Part shown: positions 41,489 through 50,118 of the stretch, piece by piece
Position numbering within the stretch: position 1 is the first letter of the stretch
How the letters are laid out: each line of letters starts with the position of its first letter
NCBI GenBank assembly: GCA_903825395.1
Contig: CAIKAF010000021.1
Location: 25,927-89,926, forward strand
From: an uncultured Flavobacteriales bacterium
GTDB lineage: Bacteria; Bacteroidota; Bacteroidia; CAIKAF01
Length of the DNA: 64,000 bases
Direction: 5' to 3'
Position numbers and translations under genes: made by a program
Notes under the pieces: generated by a model
Database searches by the model: none
Seen by the model: only the letters and a program-made list of their open reading frames with translations
Told to the model about the DNA's origin: nothing

Positions 41489-42415
41489 TTATTTAGCAGC
41501 TTCATCGTATTTGGAGCCTTGAGCCGGATCTGTTTTCTTGAGAATAGGAATTAAGGTTGTCTTTTCCGCAGCCGGGGTATTCTTCAAAACATTCAAGATT
41601 TCTTGGCGCTTGGCGTTATAAAAAACCTGAAGTAAAAAGGCGTTTGGCCGCTGATCCCAAATTTTATCCAATTTTTCCAATGCTTTTAGGCAAGCTTGGC
41701 GACCGGTTTTGAAATCAGAAACCAGCACATCCATCCCTAGGCGGTGGTAATCGTACATGAGTTCACGCAATGGAGAAAAAGCCTGATTCAGATAGTCGTT
41801 GATAATCCAATACCGGTTGTTGTTGTTTTCAGATGAGCGCCATCCGGGTTCACCCAAATTTTGACTGTTGTTTACCACCGCTTGGGCTTTTAGCAATTCT
41901 GCATCTCCACCTTTGGGAGCCATCGCATCTTTATCCAGCCCTATAATCAGGTAGGCATAAAAGGCCAAAACGCTGGTCAAATTTGATTGGCTGGCATTTT
42001 CAGAGAAGAAGAACGCTTGATTTGGTAAATAAGTAAACGCAAACGCTTTGTCTTGGTGATTGAGCAAGGGGCTATCAAAGGCGCTGTTGTAAATTCGACG
42101 CTGAGCAATGATGGTTAGAGTTCCTGAATATGAATTGGGCACCAGCTGTCCGGTAGCTGACTTTTCTTGGTTGGTGACATTAATAAAGACCTGACACTGG
42201 ATTTTTTCAATCTCCTCGTACTCCTCGTCTGTCCATTTGGTGTTGTTCATAAACTCCCGAACTCCGGTTTCAAATCCTTCAAAAATGGATTGATCGGCCT
42301 GGGCGATTTGATTGGTATTGATTTTTACCTCACAGCGCAATTCCTGAGACTGTAGCAGAATCGATGTACAGAGAAAAAAGAGCGCGCTTAAACTTGACTT
42401 GATTTCAACTTGCAT
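41489..42415 (-). CDS. DUF4835-family secreted protein
   Basis: Signal peptide. Conserved position between coaBC and recN as in other Bacteroidota (from memory). Confidence 0.55.
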   Translation of the reverse strand: MQVEIKSSLSALFFLCTSILLQSQELRCEVKINTNQIAQADQSIFEGFETGVREFMNNTKWTDEEYEEIEKIQCQVFINVTNQEKSATGQLVPNSYSGTLTIIAQRRIYNSAFDSPLLNHQDKAFAFTYLPNQAFFFSENASQSNLTSVLAFYAYLIIGLDKDAMAPKGGDAELLKAQAVVNNSQNLGEPGWRSSENNNNRYWIINDYLNQAFSPLRELMYDYHRLGMDVLVSDFKTGRQACLKALEKLDKIWDQRPNAFLLQVFYNAKRQEILNVLKNTPAAEKTTLIPILKKTDPAQGSKYDEAAK

Positions 42416-43599
42416 TCAGCTACAATATTAAGTATTTCTACTGCAATTTCAGTTTTCGATTTCAGGCTCAATTCGTAGGTTGAGTCATGTGTAATCAGCG
42501 TCATTTTATTGGTATCGGTTCCAAATCCGGCACCGGAGTCGGTCAACGAATTTAAGGCCAAGGCGTCTGCTCCTTTTTGAAGGAGTTTCAACCGTGCATC
42601 TTGAACATTTCCATTGGATTCTAAGGCAAAGCCCAGCAGAAAATAAGGCCGATTTTCTTGAGCCAATCCCTTTAGAATATCTGGATTCTCAACCCAAATT
42701 AGATGGTTTAAACCCTGGTCTTTCTTCTTTAATTTTTGGAGCGAGGGTTGATCCACTCGGAAATCGGCAACGGCTGCGGCCATACAAATGACATCTTGTT
42801 CGTTGGCCATTCCTGAAATGGCCGATTGCATCTGAAGGGCGGTTTCTACTTCAATGCAATTGATATTTTTAAAATAGGGCATTTTAGAACCTCGGGTTCG
42901 AACCAGTGTAACTTGTGCCCCGGCGCAATAAGCGGCTTCGGCCAAAGCTACCCCCATTTTTCCTGAACTTTGATTGCTAATAAAGCGAACCGGGTCAATG
43001 GCTTCTCGGGTTCCACCGCTGCTGATCAACACCTTTTTGCCTTTCCACCAGCTGTGGCATTGCTGAAACAGAGTCAAAAACTGAAGCATGGCGGGAGGTT
43101 CAGGCATTCTACCCTGCCCTATTAATCCAGAAGCCAAGGCTCCATATTCAGGACGCATCAACGCATAGCCCATGGCTTCCGCTTTTTGAATATTATTCAG
43201 CGTACTTTGATGCTCCCACATATCATGATCCATAGCAGGAACCAAGACCACAGGGCATCGGGTGCATAAGGCGGTAACCAAAACGGCGTTGTCGGTTTTT
43301 CCATTCACCAGACCGGCCAAACTGTTGGCCGTAAGGGGAGCAATCACCATAACATCGGCCCACAAGGCCAATTCAACATGGTTCACCCAGGTTCCTGAGT
43401 GGGCATCAAAGAGAGAAACAACCACCGGATTCCCAGAGGTTGTTGCCAGGGTGAGCGGAGTAACAAAATCAAGGGACTGAGGGGTACAAACCACCTTCAC
43501 TTCGGCACCTTCGGCCCTCAGCAATCGAATGAATTCCGGAATTTTATACGCTGCTATTCCTCCGGTAATACCAAGAAGAATGCGTTTTCCGGCCAACAT
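42388..43599 (-). CDS. coaBC: Bifunctional phosphopantothenoylcysteine decarboxylase / phosphopantothenate-cysteine ligase
   Basis: N-terminal flavoprotein domain (GITGGIAAYK) and C-terminal CoaB domain (ISSGGTRE, SSGKMG). Confidence 0.9.
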   Translation of the reverse strand: MLAGKRILLGITGGIAAYKIPEFIRLLRAEGAEVKVVCTPQSLDFVTPLTLATTSGNPVVVSLFDAHSGTWVNHVELALWADVMVIAPLTANSLAGLVNGKTDNAVLVTALCTRCPVVLVPAMDHDMWEHQSTLNNIQKAEAMGYALMRPEYGALASGLIGQGRMPEPPAMLQFLTLFQQCHSWWKGKKVLISSGGTREAIDPVRFISNQSSGKMGVALAEAAYCAGAQVTLVRTRGSKMPYFKNINCIEVETALQMQSAISGMANEQDVICMAAAVADFRVDQPSLQKLKKKDQGLNHLIWVENPDILKGLAQENRPYFLLGFALESNGNVQDARLKLLQKGADALALNSLTDSGAGFGTDTNKMTLITHDSTYELSLKSKTEIAVEILNIVAECKLKSSQV

Positions 43600-43613
43600 G
43601 AAGTAGGAACAGA

Positions 43614-43961
43614 TTATTGCTCAGTTCCAGCGGAACCGTGCCCTGTAGTTTCATTGCGGAAATAAATCTGACCTTCCAGCCATTCCTGATATGCAAAGGC
43701 GTTGGGCTTTGGAAGACGCTCGTAATAGCGGCTGATTTCAATTTGCTCCCGGTTTTCAAGAACTTCATCTAGGTTGTCGCTAACGCTGACAAATTCTTCC
43801 AATTTGTCTTTTATTTCTTCTTTCAATTGAACCTGAATCTGGTTGGCCCGGCGACCGATGATGGTCAAGGATTCATAGATGTTACCGGTTTTTTCGTTCA
43901 GTTTGCTGATGTCACGCGTAATGGTGGACATTTCAGCATTCATTTTTTTGAAGTTCGCCAT
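43614..43961 (-). CDS. rpoZ: DNA-directed RNA polymerase subunit omega-like protein
   Basis: 115 aa; motif NIYESLTIIGRRANQI matches the RpoZ core; sits between bamD and coaBC. Confidence 0.5.
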   Translation of the reverse strand: MANFKKMNAEMSTITRDISKLNEKTGNIYESLTIIGRRANQIQVQLKEEIKDKLEEFVSVSDNLDEVLENREQIEISRYYERLPKPNAFAYQEWLEGQIYFRNETTGHGSAGTEQ

Positions 43962-43973
43962 GGTATCTGACTC

Positions 43974-44813
43974 TTAATTTTCTTGTGTTGCGTATGCGTC
44001 GCGTTGTTTTTCCGCTTCCGTTTTAATTAGATTGGCTTTTGCAGCCATCTCAGTATCACGAAAAGCAGATGCAAATTTAGTGTAATATTTTAAGACTTCC
44101 TCATACCTTTCCTTTCTCTTACTGCGGATGCTTTTATCGGCATATTTCTTCTGGGCCTGCAAAATCAACACATACATCTGCTCTCGGCGTTTGGTATCTG
44201 GAAAATCTGCCATCAACACTTCAAAGGTGGTAATCGCAGAGGTGTATTCCATGCGGTCATAGTGCAACATTCCCTGAGCAAACAGTTTGGTTTCGAGCTT
44301 TGACCGCAGCTCCTCAATTAATTTAGTAGCCTCTTCTACCCTACCGCTTTCTGGAAAATAATCGGTAAAGGCCTGCAATTTATCAATGGCTTTCTTGGTA
44401 GAGGTCTGGTCTAAATTGAATCTAGGGCTTTCCTTGTACAGGCAAAATGCCGACATAAAATAGGCCTCTTCCCGCTTTGCACTTTTTGGGAAATTCTGGA
44501 CAAAAGAATCAAAATAATAACTGGCCAACAACATGTCTTTCACTCCATAGTGGCAGTATGCTAGATAATAATGAATCTCTTCTGCGGTAGAGCTTCCACG
44601 AATAACCCCAAAAAGTTCGTCAAACAAGGGCAAGGCTTTTGCGTACTTTCCCTTTTCATACAATTCAACGGCCAATTTCCGTTTTGCCGGATAATCTGAA
44701 CTCTTTATCGTCTTATTGTAATCCCCGCAGGAAGTCGAGAGCACCAGCATCAGGCATACGAATCCCAGTTTGGAAATAAATAGCTTGAACGGATTTGAGG
44801 GGAAATTCAGCAT
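43974..44813 (-). CDS. bamD: Outer membrane protein assembly factor BamD-like TPR lipoprotein
   Basis: Lipobox LSTSCG, TPR-like repeats, conserved position upstream of rpoZ-coaBC. Confidence 0.6.
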   Translation of the reverse strand: MLNFPSNPFKLFISKLGFVCLMLVLSTSCGDYNKTIKSSDYPAKRKLAVELYEKGKYAKALPLFDELFGVIRGSSTAEEIHYYLAYCHYGVKDMLLASYYFDSFVQNFPKSAKREEAYFMSAFCLYKESPRFNLDQTSTKKAIDKLQAFTDYFPESGRVEEATKLIEELRSKLETKLFAQGMLHYDRMEYTSAITTFEVLMADFPDTKRREQMYVLILQAQKKYADKSIRSKRKERYEEVLKYYTKFASAFRDTEMAAKANLIKTEAEKQRDAYATQEN

Positions 44814-44868
44814 GCCACCAAAAATATCTTATACTTTTGCACAAAGTTACGATTAAGTTACCTACAAT

Positions 44869-46122
44869 ATGGGAGATATTTTCGATAAAATCATCAAAAA
44901 CCCGGGGCCCTTAGGCCAATACGCCAAAGTAGCTCATGGGTATTTTGCCTTTCCAAAGCTGGAGGGCGATATTTCCAACCGCATGAAATTTCGTGGAAAG
45001 GATGTCTTGGTTTGGTCTTTGAACAATTATTTGGGACTAGGAAATCATCCGGAAGTGCGAAAGGCCGATGAAGAAGCTACCCGACAATACGGTTTAGCCT
45101 ATCCGATGGGGGCCAGAATGATGACCGGTGAGAGCGAGCATCATGAACGCTTGGAACAAGAACTGGCGGCCTTTGTAGATAAAAAAGCTGGAATGCTTGT
45201 CAACTATGGTTACCAGGGAGTTATGAGCGTGGTGGATGCCCTACTTGGTCGCCACGACGTAGTGGTTTATGATGCGGAAAGCCACGCCTGTTTGGTGGAC
45301 GGAGTGCGCATGCACCAAGGAAAACGCTTTGTTTATAAGCACAACGACATGGAATCGTTGGAAAAGCAATTGCAGCATGCTGAAAACGTCACCAAAACCA
45401 CCGGTGGAGGCATACTTGTTATAACCGAAGGTGTATTTGGAATGGCGGGAGACCAAGGGGATTTAAAAGGAGTGGTAGAACTTAAAAAGAAATATGGTTT
45501 CCGATTGTTGGTGGACGATGCACATGGGGTTGGAACCATGGGACCAAGATTGGGAGGCACCGGACAAGAGCAAGGAGTACAAGACGATATCGATGTTTAC
45601 TTTGGTACCTTTGCCAAAAGTTTTGCTTTAATTGGAGGCTTCATCGCTGCTGATCCTGAGATAATTGGATTTTTAAAATACAATACCCGCTCGCAGATAT
45701 TTGCCAAATCCTTGCCCATGCCCCTAGTGCTGGGAGCCCAAAAGCGTTTGGAAATGATGCGCGACCGGCCTGAGTTCAAGGAAAAACTTTGGACCATCGT
45801 ACATGCCTTGCAATCAGGATTGAAAAATGCCGGTTTGGATTTAGGCAATACCAATTCTCCCGTTACCCCGGTTTATTTAAAGGGCGGACCTGCAGAAGCT
45901 TCCAATTTGGTGGTTGATTTGCGAGAAAACTACGGGATTTTTTGCTCTGTTGTTATGTATCCGGTTGTTCCTAAAGGAGTTATTATTTTGAGGCTTATTC
46001 CCACAGCGGTTCATACCATGGAAGACGTAAATTACACCGTTAAGGCCTTTTCTGAAATTCAATCTAAGCTTAGTCAGGGATTGTATGACCGGGAAAATTA
46101 TGCCGTAGGATTGGGCGGCTGA
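44869..46122 (+). CDS. Alpha-oxoamine synthase family PLP-dependent acyltransferase (BioF/Kbl/serine palmitoyltransferase-like)
   Basis: 417 aa; fold-type I aminotransferase with PLP-lysine context GTFAKSFALIGGF and substrate-binding His motifs. Could be SPT-like sphingolipid/sulfonolipid head-group condensing enzyme, Kbl or BioF. Confidence 0.8.
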   Translation: MGDIFDKIIKNPGPLGQYAKVAHGYFAFPKLEGDISNRMKFRGKDVLVWSLNNYLGLGNHPEVRKADEEATRQYGLAYPMGARMMTGESEHHERLEQELAAFVDKKAGMLVNYGYQGVMSVVDALLGRHDVVVYDAESHACLVDGVRMHQGKRFVYKHNDMESLEKQLQHAENVTKTTGGGILVITEGVFGMAGDQGDLKGVVELKKKYGFRLLVDDAHGVGTMGPRLGGTGQEQGVQDDIDVYFGTFAKSFALIGGFIAADPEIIGFLKYNTRSQIFAKSLPMPLVLGAQKRLEMMRDRPEFKEKLWTIVHALQSGLKNAGLDLGNTNSPVTPVYLKGGPAEASNLVVDLRENYGIFCSVVMYPVVPKGVIILRLIPTAVHTMEDVNYTVKAFSEIQSKLSQGLYDRENYAVGLGG

Positions 46123-46148
46123 GCCTAAGCGAACCTACTTACAACATG

Positions 46149-46191
46149 CAACTCCGTTTGAAATTTAATTTCAAGCGGAGTTGTTTTTTTT
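46149..46191 (+). terminator. Intrinsic terminator downstream of the alpha-oxoamine synthase gene
   Basis: CAACTCCG ... CGGAGTTG stem with extended inner pairing, followed by T8. Confidence 0.7.
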
Positions 46192-46527
46192 ATTTCCTGA
46201 CTTGTCCACTTTAGTTCAACAAATGCCGCAATGAAGTCGCAAAAAGAACTGAGGGGGATGACGGCAAATTTTCTATTCCAAATCCTACAAGGTATTCCAC
46301 GATAATGTCACCTACAATAATGTCACCCCTACGGGGTTCTGATGTCCTGAGCTCCAATCTGTTCTACTTTGGTCTTATTAATAGTTCTCTAAGACTTCGT
46401 CATGCAATCCATAGAGGCCAGGTGCTCTGAGCTTGTCCACTTTAGTACAACAAATGCCGCAGGACAGGAAATGCAATTCCACGATAACAAATAAGTTATA
46501 AAAAAACCCAAAAAAGGGTGGACAAGT
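46192..46527. repeat. Candidate small non-autonomous insertion (MITE-like) with 11-12 bp terminal inverted repeats TGACTTGTCCAC / GTGGACAAGTCA, flanked by an 18-bp direct duplication CAAGCGGAGTTGTTTTTT
   Basis: Direct repeat at 46174-46191 and 46528-46545; TIRs at 46198-46209 and 46519-46530; internal direct repeats (CTTGTCCACTTTAGTWCAACAAATGCCGCA x2, ATTCCACGATAA x2). Confidence 0.35.
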
Positions 46528-46565
46528 CAAGCGGAGTTGTTTTTTAATTTGACTTAAGTTTTGAG

Positions 46566-46714
46566 GTGGCTTGCGGCAGGGATTGAACACGGTAGCCCGG
46601 ACACGGTGGGTGCCAAAGCCGCGTGGCGCGGAGGCGACCTTGGGAGCCACCGCAAGCCCGCTGGCTTTGCCACCCAGCGGGGAGGACTACCGGTGAAAGC
46701 CCGTTTGCCGCCCA
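46566..46714. repeat. GC-rich extragenic repeat element, copy 5 (orientation B)
   Basis: GGCTTGCGGCAGGGATTGAACACGGTAGCCCGG ... GGCGACCTTGGGAGCCACC ... GGACTACCGGTGAAAGCCCGTTTGCCGCCC. Ends 5 nt from the uvrB stop codon. Confidence 0.75.
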
Positions 46715-46718
46715 ACAC

Positions 46719-48734
46719 CTAAGCCTCTGACTCGGCCGCCTGCAATTCAAACAAAATATCTCTCCATTTGGCCGCTTCCATAAAATCGAGCGATTTGGCT
46801 GCATTTTCCATGTTGCGCCTGACCTCTTCCATTTTCTTTTTGCGCTGAGCGGGAGTCAAAAATGCGGGACTTGGCTCGGCAGCGGCGGTAGATTCACCGG
46901 GCTTTGAATAGGTCTTTGGCGCCTTGCCCGGCGACACCGAAGCCGCCTTCAAAATGCTTTCCTTGCTGGTTTGCAGAGCGGTCGGCCTCATGCCATGCTC
47001 AAGGTTGTAGCGCATTTGCTTTTCCCTGCGGCGATCGGTTTCATCAATGGCCCGTTGCATGCTGTCTGTCATTCGGTCGGCATACATAATTACCTTCCCA
47101 TTGATGTGACGGGCGGCTCGCCCAATGGTTTGAATCAATGAACGCTGATTGCGCAAAAACCCCTCTTTATCGGCATCTAAAATGGCCACCAACGACACTT
47201 CCGGCAAGTCCAACCCTTCTCGAAGTAAATTCACTCCAATCAACACATCAAAAATGCCCAGGCGCAAATCCCGAATGATTTCCACGCGCTCCAAGGTATC
47301 TACTTCCGAGTGGATATAGCGGCAGCGAATGTGGAGTTTACTGAAGAACTTTTCCAGCTCTTCGGCCATGCGTTTGGTCAAGGTGGTGACCAAAATCCGT
47401 TCATCTTTATCGGCCCGAAGATGAATTTCCTCCATCAAATCATCAATTTGATGTTTGGTAGGCCTGACTTCAATTTCTGGATCAAGCAAACCGGTTGGAC
47501 GGATGATTTGTTCTACAACAAAACCTTCCGAGCGCTCTAATTCATAATCGCCCGGTGTTGCGCTGACGTAAATGGCTTGGTGCGTCAGGGCCTCGAACTC
47601 CTCGAATTTCAATGGGCGGTTGTCCAAGGCTGAGGGCAATCGGAAGCCGTATTCTACAAGGTTCAGTTTGCGTTTGCGGTCGCCGTTGTACATGGCTCGG
47701 ATTTGAGGAATGGTGACGTGGCTTTCATCCACCATCAGCAACCAATCGTCGGGGAAATAATCCAACAGACAGAAAGGGCGTGTTCCTGCATTTCTGCCAT
47801 CGAAATAGCGGGAATAGTTTTCAATTCCTGAGCAATATCCCAGCTCTCTGATCATTTCTAAATCGTACTCTACCCGCTGTTGCAGTCGTTTGGCTTCCAG
47901 GGGTTTTCCATGCTGTTGAAAAAATTCAATTTGAGCCGTTAAATCATCGGCAATGATGGATGAGGCCGCTTTTATCCGCTCGCGCGTGGTCACAAACAAA
48001 TTGGCCGGACTAACCACAAACTTTTCTATGGAATCCAATTGCTGCCCTGTAATGGGATCTATCAAGCTCATCTCATCGATGGAATCGCCCCAGAACTGAA
48101 TGCGCAGGGCCTGCTCTGACTGCGCCAAATACACATCTACCGTATCTCCCTTCACCCTAAACGTACCGCGCTTAAAATCCTCTTCTGTACGGGCATACAG
48201 CGCATCCACTAATTTGAACAGAACGGCGTTCCGACTTGTTTTTAAGCCCACATGCAAGCGGACCGTTTGCGCATGAAAATCTTCAGGATTTCCCATGCCG
48301 TAGATGCAAGAAACAGAAGAAACCACCAACACATCGCGGCGACCGCTCAGCAAGGAGGAGGTGGCTGAAATCCTCAGTTTTTCAATTTCATCGTTGATGC
48401 TTAAATCCTTTTCTATGTAGGTATCGCTGCTGGGAATGTATGCCTCTGGCTGGTAGTAATCGTAGTATGAAACAAAGTATTCCACGGCATTTTCCGGGAA
48501 AAAGTGTTTAAACTCACCATACAGCTGAGCCGCCAATGTTTTGTTGTGGCTTAAAACCAGCGTGGGCCTGTTGACTTCATGAATCACATTGGCCATGGTG
48601 AAGGTTTTACCGGTTCCGGTAGCCCCCAACAAGGTTAAATTTGGCAGCTCTTTATTAAGGCCATCTACCAATTCCCGGATTGCAGAAGGCTGATCACCCG
48701 TAGGCTTATAAGGTTCAAAGAGTTTAAACTTCAT
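46719..48734 (-). CDS. uvrB: Excinuclease ABC subunit B
   Basis: Start set at MKFKLFEPYKPTGDQPSAI (canonical UvrB N-terminus). Helicase motifs GATGTGKT, DESH; UvrB/UvrC-interaction C-terminus. Confidence 0.95.
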   Translation of the reverse strand: MKFKLFEPYKPTGDQPSAIRELVDGLNKELPNLTLLGATGTGKTFTMANVIHEVNRPTLVLSHNKTLAAQLYGEFKHFFPENAVEYFVSYYDYYQPEAYIPSSDTYIEKDLSINDEIEKLRISATSSLLSGRRDVLVVSSVSCIYGMGNPEDFHAQTVRLHVGLKTSRNAVLFKLVDALYARTEEDFKRGTFRVKGDTVDVYLAQSEQALRIQFWGDSIDEMSLIDPITGQQLDSIEKFVVSPANLFVTTRERIKAASSIIADDLTAQIEFFQQHGKPLEAKRLQQRVEYDLEMIRELGYCSGIENYSRYFDGRNAGTRPFCLLDYFPDDWLLMVDESHVTIPQIRAMYNGDRKRKLNLVEYGFRLPSALDNRPLKFEEFEALTHQAIYVSATPGDYELERSEGFVVEQIIRPTGLLDPEIEVRPTKHQIDDLMEEIHLRADKDERILVTTLTKRMAEELEKFFSKLHIRCRYIHSEVDTLERVEIIRDLRLGIFDVLIGVNLLREGLDLPEVSLVAILDADKEGFLRNQRSLIQTIGRAARHINGKVIMYADRMTDSMQRAIDETDRRREKQMRYNLEHGMRPTALQTSKESILKAASVSPGKAPKTYSKPGESTAAAEPSPAFLTPAQRKKKMEEVRRNMENAAKSLDFMEAAKWRDILFELQAAESEA

Positions 48735-48741
48735 TCCGCTT

Positions 48742-49593
48742 TTATTTACCAGAGGCCTCAATCTGCCGCTGACTTCGGGTGTACAACCAAAGGCCCAATA
48801 GTACGGACAGAACAACCAAAGACATACCTAGGTAACGCTGGAACGCGGATATTGGTTGAATTTTCTCCCTCCTAAATTGAACGGCCTCCTGCAATTGCGG
48901 ATTTATCTTCAATGCTTCATTGAACCATTCGATTGCAATATCTTCTTCTCCAATAAGATATGAATATTCACCCATATCCATAAACATCCAAGAAATCCAG
49001 ATGGAATCGGATTTATACACCCAAAGGCGCTGGTTTAACCAATTGAACAATTCGGTCCTTTTCGATTTCCAAAGCTCCAGTTGTTTGGGGTTGGTTTGGG
49101 CATTCCGGACCTGTTCCAAACTAAATTGGCTATACACTCCATTTACCTTTTCCGGGCGGCCAAGGGGATTTACCTTGGTGCGCAGGTAGCGCAGTTCTTG
49201 AGCCATGGAATTGTGGCCCAAGTTGGCGTTGCGTCGCTGTGCATTTTCCATGGATAGCAGCGCCTTTTTGGTATTTCCTTGAAGGGAGTACGCCGTGCTT
49301 AATAGGAACAAGCCTTGGGCTGTTCCTCCGTCTTTAATTTGCCAATCTTCAAGCGTGGCAATGGCTTCGTGGGTATAACCCGACTGAATTTCAAGCGCCA
49401 GGAAGGTCAAAATGGCATCCACATCTTTATGCTGAAGAATCTGCTCCAATTGTTTTTCCTTCAGTTTTGCATATCCGGTGGTATCTAAATTCCAAGACAA
49501 AGCAGATGGCAATGGTTGGGTTTGAGATTGGCAGGGCTCAATCCATGAGCTCCATGTCAGCACCACAAGGGAAAACATCCAAAGGTTCTTCAT
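48742..49593 (-). CDS. TPR-repeat protein with signal peptide and C-terminal transmembrane anchor
   Basis: 283 aa; TPR-like repeats; C-terminal hydrophobic segment LGMSLVVLSVLLGLWLYT. Confidence 0.5.
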   Translation of the reverse strand: MKNLWMFSLVVLTWSSWIEPCQSQTQPLPSALSWNLDTTGYAKLKEKQLEQILQHKDVDAILTFLALEIQSGYTHEAIATLEDWQIKDGGTAQGLFLLSTAYSLQGNTKKALLSMENAQRRNANLGHNSMAQELRYLRTKVNPLGRPEKVNGVYSQFSLEQVRNAQTNPKQLELWKSKRTELFNWLNQRLWVYKSDSIWISWMFMDMGEYSYLIGEEDIAIEWFNEALKINPQLQEAVQFRREKIQPISAFQRYLGMSLVVLSVLLGLWLYTRSQRQIEASGK

Positions 49594-49719
49594 GCTGCAA
49601 AGGTAGGGGAAAAATAGTGGCCTAAATTCACTTGTTTTTGGTTAGAAAGCCGAGTCGGCAGCTAAATTTTAGTAACCTTAACACCTAGAAGCAATAAAAC
49701 CGAATCGATTCCGCTACCT

Positions 49720-50055
49720 TTGCATAAAAATATAATTATGGCACTAGAAATAACCGACAGCAACTTTGAGGAGCTGGTTAAAAATTCAGACAAACCCGTA
49801 CTAATTGACTTTTGGGCAGAATGGTGTGGTCCTTGCAAAATGATTGGACCCGTGGTTGAGGAATTGGCTAAAGAGTTTGAAGGGAAAGCCGTTATCGGAA
49901 AAGTAGATGTAGATTCCAATCCAATTGTGGCTTCCAGTCTTGGCATACGGGCTATCCCTACTCTATTGTTTTTTAAAAATGGGGAAATGGTAGATCGCAG
50001 TGTTGGAGTAGTTCCTAAAACGGAGCTTGCCAATAAATTGAACTCCATGTTATAA
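49720..50055 (+). CDS. trxA: Thioredoxin
   Basis: WAEWCGPCK active site; 111 aa. Confidence 0.9.
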   Translation: MHKNIIMALEITDSNFEELVKNSDKPVLIDFWAEWCGPCKMIGPVVEELAKEFEGKAVIGKVDVDSNPIVASSLGIRAIPTLLFFKNGEMVDRSVGVVPKTELANKLNSML

Positions 50056-50074
50056 CGCATTTTTTTTGGTTTTG

Positions 50075-50100
50075 GCCGGCCTTAGTGCCGGCTTTTTTTT
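50075..50100 (+). terminator. Intrinsic terminator downstream of trxA
   Basis: GCCGGC-cttagt-GCCGGC followed by T8. Confidence 0.65.
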
Positions 50101-50118
50101 GCCCATTTCCAACGGAGT

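Noticed and set aside
46719-48815. Longer UvrB ORF starting at 48815 (MFCPYYWAF...)
   Set aside because: The canonical UvrB N-terminus MKFKLFEPYKPTGDQP begins 27 codons downstream. The extension would overlap the upstream TPR gene by 74 nt.
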